Positions 53,554 through 64,000 of a DNA stretch of 64,000 nt are shown one piece after another; within the stretch, counting starts at the first letter, position 1; each line of letters opens with the position of its first letter. The stretch lies in assembly GCA_963775425.1 (NCBI GenBank), contig CAVZJB010000012.1, forward strand, positions 320,001 to 384,000, in the 5' to 3' direction. The notes beneath the pieces are model-generated. The model worked only from the letters and a program-made list of their open reading frames with translations, made no database searches and was not told the origin of the DNA. Source of the DNA: an uncultured delta proteobacterium. GTDB lineage: Bacteria; Myxococcota; UBA727; VGSZ01. The position numbers and the translations under genes are program-made.

Positions 53554-55703
53554 ACGTCCACGTCCTCCCAGCCGATCATCGCCACGGTGTCGTCTTCGAA
53601 GCCCGCGGCCTTCAGGCGCCCCACCTTCTCCGGCGTCGTCTTCGTCGTGTCGGGCGGCGCCGGCTCCGCCATCGCGGCCGTCCCCGCCTTGGCGAGGAAG
53701 GTGTCGAGCCACGTGGCGATGTGCGCCGTCGCCGCGGACAGGCCCGCGTTCGCGAGGAACGCCTCGAGGGCGAGCTGGAAGTCCTTGGCGTGCTGGTAGC
53801 GCTTCTCCGGGTCGCGCTCGAGCGCCTTCCTCACGATGGCGTCCAGCTCCTCGGGGATCTCCGGGCGGAGCTGGCGCACCGGCGGGATCGGCGCATCGAG
53901 CACGGCCTTCAGGCTCTCGATCTCGCTCGATCCCCGGAACGGGTGGCGCTGGACCAGGCAGAGGTAGAGCACCAGGCCGGCGGAGAAGATGTCGATGCGC
54001 GGATCGGAGACGCCCGAGCTCACGTGCTCGGGCGCCATGTACATCACCTTCCCCTTCAACACACCCGACGCCGTTTGCTGCGCGGAGTCCGCCGCCTTCG
54101 AGACGCCGAAGTCCGTGAGCTTCACCTGTCCGTCGCGGCCGACGAGGATGTTGTGGGGCGTGACGTCGCGGTGGAGCACGGGCAGCGGGCGTCCGTCGTC
54201 GTCGACGAAGGAGTGGGCGGCGGCCAGCGCGCTGCACACGTCCGCCGTTACGCGGCAGCACAGCTCGATGGGCAGCGGGGTCTCGGTGCGAACGGCGAGC
54301 TTGATGAGCGTGTTCAGGTCGGGCCCGCGGACGTACTCCATGACCATGAAGAACTCGTCCTGCTCGCGGCACAGGTCATAGATCTGCACGATGTGGGCGT
54401 GGGACAGGCGGGCGGCGACGCGCGCCTCCTGTGTGAACATCTTGACGAACGCGGGCTGGGCCGCGAGGTGCGGCAGGATTCGCTTGATGACGACCTTCTT
54501 CTCGAAACCCTCGAGGCCGAGCTGTTTGCCGAGCAGGATCTCCGCCATGCCTCCGATGCCGATGCGGCGGGCCACCCGGTACTTGCCGAGGCGCGCGCCG
54601 GGGCCGAACAGCAGGGCGCCCGTGGGCGTGCTCGGCGGGTCGAGCGGCTCACCCACCGGGGGCGTCGGGTTCTCGGCGAGGTACTGCGCGACGTCCGGGG
54701 TCATCGGCGTCAGATCGATGGCGGCGAGGGCGGCCGTGGACGCCTTGCGCCAGGTGAACTCGAGCGGCTCGCCGCACACCGGGCACGGCGCGCCGGAGAT
54801 GGGGGCGCCGGTGGACCAGGCGCTCACATCGACGCAGCGCTCGGCGTCGCACCGGCCGCAATGCGCGCGCATCTCGAAAGATGCGACCTTCGGCCGCTTG
54901 GGGTGCGCGGCGATCCACTCGGCGAGGGCGATGGGGACGCGCGCGAGCAGGGCGTCGGGCGCGACGGCGAGCGCCTCGTCGAGCCGGGCGAGCCCGTCCT
55001 CCGTGGAGCTCGTGACGAGGGAGAGCACGAAGACGACGTGGCCCTCGAGCCCGTCCGCATAGCGGCGCACGCGCGTCGACTTGCCGAGGTGGCCGACGAG
55101 CCAGAGCGCGGTGAGCGAAGCACCGACATGCTTCGCCACGCGCAAGACGGACTTGGGCCGCTCGATGGTGCCGTCGAGGATCGCCTCGACGCGCGGGGGC
55201 ACCGAGGCGGGCAGTGTCTGCAACGCGCTGCGAAAGTAGGTCTGCTCGAGGTCGTCGAACTCGGCTTCGCTGGAGCACTTCGGACACCGTACCGCCGGCG
55301 CGCGCTGCGCCACGAGGGCGTCCCGCCCCGAGCGCACGTCGAGGATGACCTCGAAGGCGAGATCGCACTCCGGGCAGAGGTACGGCAGGTAGAGGCTGAG
55401 GATGCAGCCGCGTCCGCCGAACCGGGGCACGCTGTTGAATTGCGCGACCATCGCGGGGCGACAACGCATGAAGTAGAGGTGCTCGGTCGCGGTGCCCTTG
55501 AGACCCTCGAGCCACTGGCGCACGCCGAACGACGTGATGCGAGGGACCGCGTCGAGGTCGATGACGATCGGGTGCGCGCGCTCGGCGAGCCGCACGCTGA
55601 GGCTCGCGCCGTCGAGGTGCTCGTCGATCACACCTGAGAGGCGGATGCGGGACACCCCCTCGTAGTGTTTCACCTCGATGGTCGCGCCGTTCGTCACCGA
55701 CAC
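53550..55703 (-). CDS. Tandem STAS-Zn-ribbon domains fused to a Ser/Thr kinase
   Basis: LSGVIDE..IDLDAVPRITSFGVRQW..CPEC..CPKC; second degenerate copy with CGRC..CPVC; GIGGMAE, HRDVTPHN, DFG, YMAPE. Confidence 0.88.
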   Translation of the reverse strand: MSVTNGATIEVKHYEGVSRIRLSGVIDEHLDGASLSVRLAERAHPIVIDLDAVPRITSFGVRQWLEGLKGTATEHLYFMRCRPAMVAQFNSVPRFGGRGCILSLYLPYLCPECDLAFEVILDVRSGRDALVAQRAPAVRCPKCSSEAEFDDLEQTYFRSALQTLPASVPPRVEAILDGTIERPKSVLRVAKHVGASLTALWLVGHLGKSTRVRRYADGLEGHVVFVLSLVTSSTEDGLARLDEALAVAPDALLARVPIALAEWIAAHPKRPKVASFEMRAHCGRCDAERCVDVSAWSTGAPISGAPCPVCGEPLEFTWRKASTAALAAIDLTPMTPDVAQYLAENPTPPVGEPLDPPSTPTGALLFGPGARLGKYRVARRIGIGGMAEILLGKQLGLEGFEKKVVIKRILPHLAAQPAFVKMFTQEARVAARLSHAHIVQIYDLCREQDEFFMVMEYVRGPDLNTLIKLAVRTETPLPIELCCRVTADVCSALAAAHSFVDDDGRPLPVLHRDVTPHNILVGRDGQVKLTDFGVSKAADSAQQTASGVLKGKVMYMAPEHVSSGVSDPRIDIFSAGLVLYLCLVQRHPFRGSSEIESLKAVLDAPIPPVRQLRPEIPEELDAIVRKALERDPEKRYQHAKDFQLALEAFLANAGLSAATAHIATWLDTFLAKAGTAAMAEPAPPDTTKTTPEKVGRLKAAGFEDDTVAMIGWEDVDV

Positions 55704-55778
55704 GCACTGTAACGCGACGGAGCCGGCAATCGCGATCGTCTCACTTCAGCTCGTTCGAAGCCTGCCGATGAGAGGGAC

Positions 55779-56546
55779 ATGCGCCCCGTCCTCACCCTCC
55801 TCCCGCTCTCGTCCGCGTCGCTGCTTTGTGCCTGCTCGTTCGCACCGTCGATCCCCGTCAGCGTGGTGACGCCCGCGGTGGATGTGGACGTCGACGCCGA
55901 GCGAACGGCGCTCGAAGACGCCGTCTGCCGTGACGCCGGCTCCCAGGGCTGCGGCGTGATCGCCGCGCTCGACGAGAGCGACGACGGCGTCGCCGCCGAT
56001 CCCCCGCGGCTGCCACGACTGCTGCCGTTCGACATCCTCGCGCACGGCGCAAAGGTGAACGTCGCACGTTGGCTCGAGAGCCAGCGCGCGGTCCATGACG
56101 TCGTCCCCGCCGTCACCGTGCCGGTGGACCTCGGCGCCTTTCAGCTCGCGGCGTCGGAGATCAGGAGCGCCCACGTCGTCGATGCGAAGCTGACGTTCGG
56201 CGACGACACGTTGACGATCGACCTCCCCGCGCTGCGCATCGCGGTGCAGCAGGGCGACGGTGAGCCCGTGGACGTCGCCGCCGTCGCGCCCCACAGCGGC
56301 GGCAGCGGCGAGGACGCGGCGGTCTTCTTCGCCGACGGCGGCACCGACGCGCTCCTCGCGGCCGTCGCCACCGGCAACGCCACGCTCACCGTGCACGCGG
56401 ACTCCGATGCGCCGCTCGGCCTCCTCGCCGGCCCCACGCAGGAGACCCTGGAGCGGCCCGGCGGCGCCGCACAGGTGGCGCTCGCCGTCACCCTCGACAT
56501 CACCACGAGCCTCTCGACGAGCCTCGACGCCGCGGGCGTCCGCTAG
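55779..56546 (+). CDS. Hypothetical lipoprotein
   Basis: RBS GAGAGGG, signal ending LLCAC, typical codon usage. Confidence 0.65.
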   Translation: MRPVLTLLPLSSASLLCACSFAPSIPVSVVTPAVDVDVDAERTALEDAVCRDAGSQGCGVIAALDESDDGVAADPPRLPRLLPFDILAHGAKVNVARWLESQRAVHDVVPAVTVPVDLGAFQLAASEIRSAHVVDAKLTFGDDTLTIDLPALRIAVQQGDGEPVDVAAVAPHSGGSGEDAAVFFADGGTDALLAAVATGNATLTVHADSDAPLGLLAGPTQETLERPGGAAQVALAVTLDITTSLSTSLDAAGVR

Positions 56547-56681
56547 TCCCCGGCTGGTGAGCGGGATGCTCTGACACCTTGGGACGCGGCTCAGCGTGAC
56601 GGGCGAGCGGGGAGCGGTCGCGTGTACGGCAGGCGCGTGCGGCGCACGTGCGCGGTCCCGGTGAGGACGTCAGCGGTGACG

Positions 56682-57989
56682 TCAGCCCTCGCGCGCCTTG
56701 GCCTCCGCGGCGGCGGCGCGGGCTTCGACGTCACGGAAGCGCTTGGCCAGGGCCGTCACGAACGAGCGCGCGCCGAGGCGGCCGGTGATCTCCTCGGCAG
56801 GCACGACCACCAGCTCGACGTCGTCGACCGCGGACACCGACGCCGTGCGCGCGCCGCCGTCGAGCACGGCGGCTTCCCCGAAGACGTCGCCCGGGCCCAT
56901 CTCGCGCAGCACCGTGCGCGCGCCGCCGATGTCGCGCCACGCGGCGCACGTGCCGCGCACGATGACGAAGGCTTCGACTCCGGGCTCGCCTTCGCGCACG
57001 ACGACGTCGCCGGCGGCGACCTCGCGCACGTCGACGGACGCGCGCTCCTCCAGCGTGGCCTCGAGCTCTTCGCGAAACGCCGCCGCCGACGGCGGGCGCC
57101 GGCGCGGCTCACGAGCGAGCGCGCGCGCGCAGAGGTCGACGAGCGCGCGCGGAACGGTGAGCGCGGCCGCGTCGATCGGCGGGATCTCCAAGAGCATGTC
57201 GGCGAGGTCGGCGCCGCTCGCGCGCGGCGGGCGGCGCAGGAGCACGTCGTGGAGGATGGCGCCGAGGCCGAACACGTCGCTGCGCTCGTCGACGGCGGAG
57301 GGGTCGATCGCCTGCTCGGGCGCCATGTACGCCGGCGTCCCCGCGCGGACCCGCGGCGCGTCGTCGACGACGACGCCGCCCGGGCGAGGCAGCGCGCGCG
57401 CGATGCCCCAGTCCATCAGCGTCACCTCGCCGAACGCCCCGACCATCACGTTGTCCGGCTTGAGGTCGCAGTGGATGACGCCGCGGCTGTGGGCGTAGTC
57501 GACGGCGTCGCAGATCTTGACGAGGACCGGGAGGGCAAACCGCGCCCGCGCGGGAGCGCTCATGCCCTGGAGCTCCGCGAGCTTGTCGCCGAGGGTGCGC
57601 CCCTCGACGAGCTTCATCGCGAAGCACGGCCGCCCGTCGGCGTCCACGCCGACGCGGTACACGGGCACGATGTACGGGTGCGCGAGCTGCGCGAGCACCT
57701 GCGCCTCGGCCAGGAAGCGCCGCGCGGCGTCGGCGTCGTCGGCGCGCAGGACCTTGAGCGCGACGTCGCGGCGCAGGGCCTGGTCGCGGGCGCGGTAGAC
57801 GGCGCCCGCGCCGCCGCTGCCGAGCAGGGCGCCGGGCTCGAGCGGCACGCGCTCGGCGTGCCGCGCCCAGGTGCGGCCGACGTCGTCGGCCTCGAGGGCG
57901 GCGGGCGAGAAGACGCGCGTGCTCGCGTCCGGGTGCTCGGCGACCGGCGCGACGGGGGGTGGCGGGGGGCGTCCGGGCTTGTCGGTCAC
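56682..57989 (-). CDS. Ser/Thr kinase with C-terminal cNMP-binding domain
   Basis: GSGGAG, VALK, HCDLKPDN, DWG, YMAPE; GDVFGE..RTASV. Confidence 0.9.
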   Translation of the reverse strand: MTDKPGRPPPPPVAPVAEHPDASTRVFSPAALEADDVGRTWARHAERVPLEPGALLGSGGAGAVYRARDQALRRDVALKVLRADDADAARRFLAEAQVLAQLAHPYIVPVYRVGVDADGRPCFAMKLVEGRTLGDKLAELQGMSAPARARFALPVLVKICDAVDYAHSRGVIHCDLKPDNVMVGAFGEVTLMDWGIARALPRPGGVVVDDAPRVRAGTPAYMAPEQAIDPSAVDERSDVFGLGAILHDVLLRRPPRASGADLADMLLEIPPIDAAALTVPRALVDLCARALAREPRRRPPSAAAFREELEATLEERASVDVREVAAGDVVVREGEPGVEAFVIVRGTCAAWRDIGGARTVLREMGPGDVFGEAAVLDGGARTASVSAVDDVELVVVPAEEITGRLGARSFVTALAKRFRDVEARAAAAEAKAREG

Positions 57990-58014
57990 GCCGGCGGGAT
58001 CAGCGACCGGGGGG

Positions 58015-59202
58015 TCATCGGCGGTCGCCGATCACCCGGATGCCCGGGCCCGACACCGTCTGGCGCACGCGCGTGACGCCCTCGGCCTGGACGCCGATGG
58101 CGAGCGCGCTGGTGCCGTTCACGACCTTGACGACGATGGGGCCGGCGACGTCGTCGCTGGCCTGCGCGTCGAGCTGGTGCAGGAGATCGTCGGTGAGGAG
58201 CTGGTCGAGCGAGACGTGCAGATCGATGGGGAGGACCTGGCCCGCGTCCACGTTGCCCGCGAGCACGTCGCCGGCGGGGACGCGCAGCGCGAAGGTGTCG
58301 TCGAGGACGAGGAAGAAGGGCACGAGGGCGTAGTTGCCGCTCTCGTGGACGCCGACGACGGCGCTGTCCGAGGAGAGCGCGCGGTCCACGTGCTTGCCGG
58401 CGGAGCCGCCGTCGGGATCCTGCGACGGGTTCCCATCGGGGTCGCCGTCATCCTGGCCGGGGACGGCGGGGTTGCCGTCGGGGTCCCCGTCGTTGCGGGT
58501 GCCGTCGCGCGGCACGGCGGGGTTTCCGTCGGGGTCGCCGTCGGCGGGGTTGCCGTCGGGATCGCCGTCGGCGAGCTTGCTGTGGCAGTGGGCGGGGTTT
58601 CCGTCGGGGGTGCCGTCGGCCGTGCAGGGAACGGTGAAGCCGCGGGAGGTGCGGTCGCCCGCGCTCCTGGTGAGCATGTAGCCGTGCACGACGGCGGTGT
58701 GGCCCTCGAGCTCGCCGAGGCTCACGCCCGTGCTGTCCTCGAGCTTCTCGCGCTCGGGGGCCTGCAAGCCGAAGTGCTCGAAGCCGAAGACGAGGTCGCC
58801 CTGGTCCTGCAGGACCCAGTTGCGCTCGCCGCCGAGCACGTCGCCGAAGCCGTCGCGGTCATTGACGTCGTAGCGGAACAGCAGCGGCGACTCGTTGTCC
58901 GGGTCGCTGCCGAGCACGTCCGCGAGGACCTGGTCGTGATCACGCAGGGTGACGGTGGGGGCGTGGAAGATCACCTCGTCGATCACGACGCGGTCGGCGC
59001 GGGCGCCCAGCTCGATGAGCCCGTCCACGACCACGCGGGGCTCGACCGCGACGCTGCGGGCGCCGTCGGGCAGGGCGGACAGATCCGCGACATCGGCGCC
59101 GCACCCCGCGGCGAGCGCGCACAGGGAGACGCCAGCGATCACCGTGCTGATCGCTCGCGCAACAGGTCCCTGTCGTGTGATCTCGGGCATCGACACGCGC
59201 AC
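58015..59202 (-). CDS. Acidic lipoprotein with five DG[DT]PDGNP repeats
   Basis: Lipobox AAGC; repeats at 58426-58617; start may be slightly downstream. Confidence 0.75.
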   Translation of the reverse strand: MRVSMPEITRQGPVARAISTVIAGVSLCALAAGCGADVADLSALPDGARSVAVEPRVVVDGLIELGARADRVVIDEVIFHAPTVTLRDHDQVLADVLGSDPDNESPLLFRYDVNDRDGFGDVLGGERNWVLQDQGDLVFGFEHFGLQAPEREKLEDSTGVSLGELEGHTAVVHGYMLTRSAGDRTSRGFTVPCTADGTPDGNPAHCHSKLADGDPDGNPADGDPDGNPAVPRDGTRNDGDPDGNPAVPGQDDGDPDGNPSQDPDGGSAGKHVDRALSSDSAVVGVHESGNYALVPFFLVLDDTFALRVPAGDVLAGNVDAGQVLPIDLHVSLDQLLTDDLLHQLDAQASDDVAGPIVVKVVNGTSALAIGVQAEGVTRVRQTVSGPGIRVIGDRR

Positions 59203-59279
59203 ACTCCCGTCCCCATGCGGCCGTAGGGCCGTCGGGGTGCCGCCTGATCGTACATCGATCAGCCGCCGGGACCCAACAA

Positions 59280-59294
59280 AGCAAGTGACATGCC
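59280..59294 (-). promoter_or_regulatory. Candidate sigma54 promoter for the repeat lipoprotein
   Basis: Minus strand GGCATGTCACTTGCT (GG-N10-GC with TTGCT). Confidence 0.6.
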
Positions 59295-59346
59295 CAGGTG
59301 GGCCCGTGTGCGACCCGAGGCCCCGCTCCCGCCGCCGAGGAGCTCG

Positions 59347-62300
59347 TCAGTCCTCGGCGTCTTCGCCGCGCGAGGCCTCCTTGATGGCCTTCAGCTCCGG
59401 GTTGCCGTTCACGATCTGCGACAGCCGCGGCCGCTTCATGCGCAACAGCGCCGCCGCCCGCGTGATGTTGCCGCCCGTCTGGCGCATGGCGTTGGCGATG
59501 GCCTCGAACTCCAGGCGGCGCTTGAGGTCGCCGAGCGCGATGCCCTCGTCGGCGCCGGCGGCCACCCGCCCGAGCACGTCCGCGGGGCGCCCGCCGTTTT
59601 GCTCGCGCGGCGCCGCAGGGCGCGCGGCCGGCAGCGGCGGGCGAACCGGCAGCGGGGCCCGCGCCGGCAGCGGCGCCGCCGCCGGGGCGACCGGGGCCGC
59701 GTGGGCCACCGGCGCCGCCGCGTCGAACAGCTCGGGGAACTCCGCGAGGTGCTCGACGTCGACGACGTCGCCCTCGCAAAAGAGCGCCACCGAGCGGATG
59801 ACGTTTTGCAGCTCGCGGATGTTGCCGGGCCAGCGGTGCCGCATGAGCACCGCCTCCGCCTCCGGCGAGAGCGCCAGCGGCGCGCGCCCCACCTCGTCGC
59901 GGGTCTTGGAGAGGAAGCGCGTGGAGAGCACCGGGATGTCGTCGGGCCGCTCGCGCAGCGCGGGCATCTCCACCACCACCCCGCGCAGGCGGTAGTAGAG
60001 GTCCTCGCGGAAGGAGCCGTCCTTCACCATGCTCTCGAGGTCTCTGTGGGTGGCGCAGATGACCACGGCGTCGGTGCTGATGGTCTGCGTGCCGCCTACG
60101 CGCTCGAACTGGCGCTCCTGCAGCACGCGCAACAGCGACACCTGGGTCTTGGGCGAGATGTCGCCGATCTCATCGAGGAAGATGGTGCCGCCGCGGGCCA
60201 GCTCGAAGCGCCCGATCTTCCTGGCGAGCGCGCCGGTGAACGAGCCCTTCTCGTGGCCGAACAGCTCGCTCATCAAGAGCGTCTCGACGAGCGCCGCGCA
60301 GTTCACGCGCACGAAGGGCCCGTGGGCGCGCTCCGACAAGCGGTGCACCGCGGCGGCCACCAGCTCCTTGCCTGTGCCGCTCTCGCCGCGGATGAGCACC
60401 GTGGCGTTCTTGCTGCGCGCGATGCGATCGAGCCTGTCGAACACGCGCAACAGCGTCGGCGAGCGACCCACGAGCTCGGGGTAGCGCGCGTCCCACTCGG
60501 GCTTGCGCACCGCGGGCGCCGGCGCCTGCTGCGGCCGCAGCGTCTCGTCGGCGGCGCCCTCCGCGGCTTCGCCGGCGTCGTCGGCCACGGCGGCGGCGCC
60601 GAACAGGGCGGCGCGCGCGTTGTCGCGCAGCATGACCTCGCGCAGCGCCGGCGGCAGCCGCTCCGCCGTGGCCTCGACGAACGCGCGCGCGCGCGCGCGA
60701 GCGGCGTCGGCGCTTTTGGGGTCGCCGCGGCCCTCGAAGCGGTCGGCGAGGAAGGCGAGCGTGCGCCACGCGTCGTCGTGGGCGCGCAGCTTGTCCATCT
60801 CGTCGACGGCCTGCGACAGGAGCGACAGCCCGCGCACGGCGTCGTCGTCGCCCTTGGAGAGCGCGAGCGCGCCCTCGACGGCGGAGCGCCGCGCGTGCGG
60901 CAGCGTCCCCGGCGCCGCCGCCGGCAGCTCGGCGACGCGCTCCTCGGCGCTGCCGAGGTCGCCGAGCAGGATGGCGGCCCACGCGGCCTTGGCGGTCATC
61001 TCCACCACGCGCGAGGTCTCGCCGATGCGCAAGAACAGCTCGCGCGCCTTCTCGTACGAAGCGAGCGCCGCGCCGGGCTGGCCCTGGTTGAAGGCGAGGT
61101 CGCCCTCGGTGAAGTGCACGAAGGCGCGGCCGCGGTCGCTGTCGTCGGACTCGGCGAGGCGGCGGCTCTGCTCGAGCCACGTCTGCGACGCCTCGTAGTC
61201 GCCGAGCGCGCAGGTGAGGTTGGCGAGGTTCCAGGTCACGCGGCGCACGGCGTTCCTGTCGCCGAGGCGTGAGAAGCGCGCCCACGCCGCCTTGTAGCGC
61301 TCGAGGCTCCGCCCCAATTCACCGGAGCGCTGCTCGATGGCGCCGAGGTTCAACAGCGCGTTCGACTCCGAATGCAGATCACCCGCCGCCTGCGCCGACG
61401 ACAGCGCGCGCTCGAGCATCTCGCGCGCCTCGTCATTGTGGCCGCGACGGTGGCGCGCGAGGCCCGTGTTGACGCGCGCGAGGATGGACTCGTGCTCGAG
61501 GCCGTGCTCCTCGGCGAGCTCGAGGTTCGACAGGAAGCGCGCCTCGGCGTCGTCGAAGCGGTCGCGCGAGTAGGCGACCTTGCCGAGCGTGTTGCTGTTC
61601 CTCAAGCGGAACGCCATGGGCGCGTCCGGCGCCGCCCGCGCGGCCTCCTCGGCGAGCCGCTCGGCGGCGTCGAGGTCGCTCTTCATGTAGTTGACCTCGG
61701 CCATGGCGGCGAGGACGAGGGCGCGCTCGGGCAGGACGTCGCCGTCGGCGTCGTCGTCGGCGTCGGCGTCGGCGTCGTCGGCGTCGGCGTCGCCCGCGGC
61801 CGGGGCTTCGCCCAGCGTGCGGGTCTCCTCGAGGACCTCGAGGGCCGCGCGGTGATCGCCGCGCGCGCTCAACAGCTCGCCGATGCGGCGCAGCACCGTG
61901 GGGAGCTGCTTTTTGGACGCGAGCGTGCGCATCTCGGCGGCGGTGGCCAAGGCCCCGCGGAGGTCGCCGCGCAGGCGTTGGGCCTCGACGAGGTGGCCGA
62001 GCAGCGCGAAGCGCTCCTCCGACGACGCCACCGGCAGCGTGCGCCCCACGAGGTCGACGACGGTGCCGTAGGCGAACGTGAGGAGCAGGCGCTCGCACGC
62101 CGCGAGCACCCAGGGCACGGCGCGCTGTGGGTGCGTGCCGCGCAGGAAGTGGAACGCCAGCAGCGGCTCCGACAGCTCGCTGCCGCGCTGCTCGAGGGTG
62201 CCGGCGACGGCGTGGTGCAGCGCCGCGCGCTCGTCGGCGGGCAGGTTCTCCTTCAGCACCTCCTGGTGGTGCGGGCGCGAGAACGTGAAGAGCAACTCGC

Positions 62301-63258
62301 CGTTTTGCAGGCGGCGCGCGAGCATGCGCTGCTCGACGAGCTGGCCGAGCGCGTGCGCCACCTCGCCCACCGGCGCCTGCACGATGGCCGAGAGCAGATC
62401 CGGCGGCGCCGGCCGCGACAGCACGGCGAGGGCGCGCAGCGCGCGACGCGCCACGGGATCGAGGGCGTCCACGCGCTGGAGCAGGAGCGCGTCGGTGTCG
62501 CGGGGCAGCGACTCGAGCAGCTCGTCGACGTCCTCGGGGCGGCCGCGGCTGGCCGCGAGCAGCTTGTCGAGGAGCGCGTGGTTGCCGAGGTACTCGACGA
62601 GCTGCGCGCGCGTGAGCCCGGCGACGTCGAACATGCGCGCGCGCTTGCCGGCGGACAGCGAGCGGGCGAAGGCGGGGCCGCCGTCGTCGTCGGTGCGCGC
62701 CCCCACCATCAGCACGCCGGGGACGTCGTCCTCGCCCACGTCGGGGTTGAACAGGTGCTGCGCGAGGAAGCGCACGGCCTCGCGGGTGTCGTCGTCGGCG
62801 TAGTGCAGGTCGCTCAGCAGCACGGTCAAGGGCGCGGCGCGCGACAGCTCGATGAAGAACGCGCGCAGGGCCTCGAGGAAGCCGGTCTTGTCGCGCGCGC
62901 GGGGCGCGGGCTGGTGCTGCAGCGTGGGCAGCAGCACCGCGAGGGCGCGGGCGTGGGCGTCGAGGAAGTCCTCGGCGAGCCCGCGCGCCTCGAGGAAGGC
63001 GAGCGCCTGCGCCGCCGGCTCCCGCAGCGCCGCGAACGGGTGGGGCGCGGCCTGCTCCGCGCGGCCGAAGAGCACGAGGCGCCCGCGCGCGGACAGCTCG
63101 CGCCTCAGCTCCGAGAGCAGCAGCGCCTTGCCGACGCCGCGGGGCCCGCCGAGGACCACGACGCCACCGCCCTTGTCGGCCAGCTCGTCGTGAAGCTCGA
63201 GGAGCTCACGAACGCTGCGCTTGGACCCCTCGAGGAGGGGCTTTGCGGGGGCCACCAC
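59347..63258 (-). CDS. sigma54-dependent enhancer-binding protein with N-terminal NTPase-like and TPR regions
   Basis: [16 protein letters not shown]; TPR-like repeats; [45 protein letters not shown]; [13 protein letters not shown]. Confidence 0.93.
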   Translation of the reverse strand: MVAPAKPLLEGSKRSVRELLELHDELADKGGGVVVLGGPRGVGKALLLSELRRELSARGRLVLFGRAEQAAPHPFAALREPAAQALAFLEARGLAEDFLDAHARALAVLLPTLQHQPAPRARDKTGFLEALRAFFIELSRAAPLTVLLSDLHYADDDTREAVRFLAQHLFNPDVGEDDVPGVLMVGARTDDDGGPAFARSLSAGKRARMFDVAGLTRAQLVEYLGNHALLDKLLAASRGRPEDVDELLESLPRDTDALLLQRVDALDPVARRALRALAVLSRPAPPDLLSAIVQAPVGEVAHALGQLVEQRMLARRLQNGELLFTFSRPHHQEVLKENLPADERAALHHAVAGTLEQRGSELSEPLLAFHFLRGTHPQRAVPWVLAACERLLLTFAYGTVVDLVGRTLPVASSEERFALLGHLVEAQRLRGDLRGALATAAEMRTLASKKQLPTVLRRIGELLSARGDHRAALEVLEETRTLGEAPAAGDADADDADADADDDADGDVLPERALVLAAMAEVNYMKSDLDAAERLAEEAARAAPDAPMAFRLRNSNTLGKVAYSRDRFDDAEARFLSNLELAEEHGLEHESILARVNTGLARHRRGHNDEAREMLERALSSAQAAGDLHSESNALLNLGAIEQRSGELGRSLERYKAAWARFSRLGDRNAVRRVTWNLANLTCALGDYEASQTWLEQSRRLAESDDSDRGRAFVHFTEGDLAFNQGQPGAALASYEKARELFLRIGETSRVVEMTAKAAWAAILLGDLGSAEERVAELPAAAPGTLPHARRSAVEGALALSKGDDDAVRGLSLLSQAVDEMDKLRAHDDAWRTLAFLADRFEGRGDPKSADAARARARAFVEATAERLPPALREVMLRDNARAALFGAAAVADDAGEAAEGAADETLRPQQAPAPAVRKPEWDARYPELVGRSPTLLRVFDRLDRIARSKNATVLIRGESGTGKELVAAAVHRLSERAHGPFVRVNCAALVETLLMSELFGHEKGSFTGALARKIGRFELARGGTIFLDEIGDISPKTQVSLLRVLQERQFERVGGTQTISTDAVVICATHRDLESMVKDGSFREDLYYRLRGVVVEMPALRERPDDIPVLSTRFLSKTRDEVGRAPLALSPEAEAVLMRHRWPGNIRELQNVIRSVALFCEGDVVDVEHLAEFPELFDAAAPVAHAAPVAPAAAPLPARAPLPVRPPLPAARPAAPREQNGGRPADVLGRVAAGADEGIALGDLKRRLEFEAIANAMRQTGGNITRAAALLRMKRPRLSQIVNGNPELKAIKEASRGEDAED

Positions 63259-63678
63259 GACGTCGCGCTTAGCACCCTGAACGCGACCCGGCGAGGCCCG
63301 CGGTCACACCGATCCACCGCGCGGCCGTCGACGTGCCCGTCACTCCGCGCCTGCGTCGGGCTGCAGGAGCGCGCCCGCGCCCGGGGCCGCGCCGCGGACC
63401 CAGCCGTCGAAGAGGCCGGCGACGACGCCGGCGCCGGCGCCTACGGCGGCGACGGGCACGATGACGGGGCATGATCTGCGGGGGATCGTGGACGCCCTGG
63501 AAGCTCGCGCAGCCGACGCCCGCGGCGAGGACGAGCCCGAGCACCGAGGCGCCGCCGGTGGAGGCCGCGACGAGCGCGGTTCGCGGACGACGACGACGAC
63601 GAGGGGGACGGGTCGCATGGCGCGGCTGTCGCCGGGCTCCCGGACAGCGAGCAAGCGGCGCGCCGTGGTGTCCGCTCG

Positions 63679-63694
63679 TGGCACAGGCACTGCA
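63679..63694 (+). promoter_or_regulatory. Candidate sigma54 promoter
   Basis: TGGCACAGGCACTGCA, near-consensus -24/-12; RBS GGAGG at 63723-63727 and ATG 63736 follow. Confidence 0.65.
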
Positions 63695-63735
63695 CGCCAT
63701 GCTCTCGACCCACCCGCGGTCGGGAGGTGCGCACC

Positions 63736-64000
63736 ATGTGGCGACGACGTCTTCTCTCCATGACCCTGGCGTCCGTGTCCATCGGCGCCGTCGCGGTCCT
63801 CGTGCACGCCTCGCCGGTGCCGTCCCTCGCCGCCGCCGTCGTCGACGCGCCCCCGGACGCCGCGCCCCCCGGCCCGGCGTCGCCGGACGCGGGCCCCGGC
63901 GCAGCCGACGCCGGTGTCGACGTCGAGGCGCCCGACGACGCGGGCAGCGCGGATGAGGCGGCCGACCAGGAGGCCGACGCGGGGCCGAGCGTGGACCAGG
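63736..64000 (+). CDS. Secreted protein, N-terminal fragment (runs off the window)
   Basis: MWRRRLLSMTLASVSIGAVAVLVHASP signal-like, then an acidic DAG-rich linker; frame open to the window end. Confidence 0.65.
   Translation, partial: MWRRRLLSMTLASVSIGAVAVLVHASPVPSLAAAVVDAPPDAAPPGPASPDAGPGAADAGVDVEAPDDAGSADEAADQEADAGPSVDQ

Noticed and set aside
63269-63700. Short overlapping minus-strand ORFs upstream of the sigma54 activator
   Set aside because: Hydrophobic stretches fall in different frames with no recognisable family; possibly a decayed gene, but not supportable.

Overview
Very GC-rich, gene-dense bacterial DNA whose content (Hanks kinases, sigma54 activator, Cys-rich and GE-repeat lipoproteins) looks like Myxococcota; the taxon is inferred. 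In order: (i) a complete IS110-family element (1145-2653) whose bridge RNA, with all four guides, can be read directly and matched to its own ends and flanks; it sits at a stop/start overlap of an operon led by an RnfD/UnbU-like + ASPIC/UnbV fusion gene; (ii) a transglutaminase-TPR lipoprotein, a TolC-MFP-RND efflux trio, an amidase, a GH25 muramidase-like lipoprotein, a (GE)30 protein, a motif-degenerate CcoI-like P-type ATPase, and korAB; (iii) a compact ~16 kb biosynthetic cluster (methyltransferase, carrier protein, PltE-like dehydrogenase, stand-alone A domain, PaaK-like ligase, KS-AT-DH-KR-ACP-Cy-A(Cys)-PCP-TE hybrid, flavin halogenase) with several non-canonical signatures; (iv) an adjacent four-gene partner-switching module fused to Ser/Thr kinases, one gene carrying a +1 frameshift; (v) a large sigma54 activator flanked by two sigma54 promoter matches. 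No rRNA, tRNA or CRISPR array was seen. All calls come from motif reading by eye; no database search was run.
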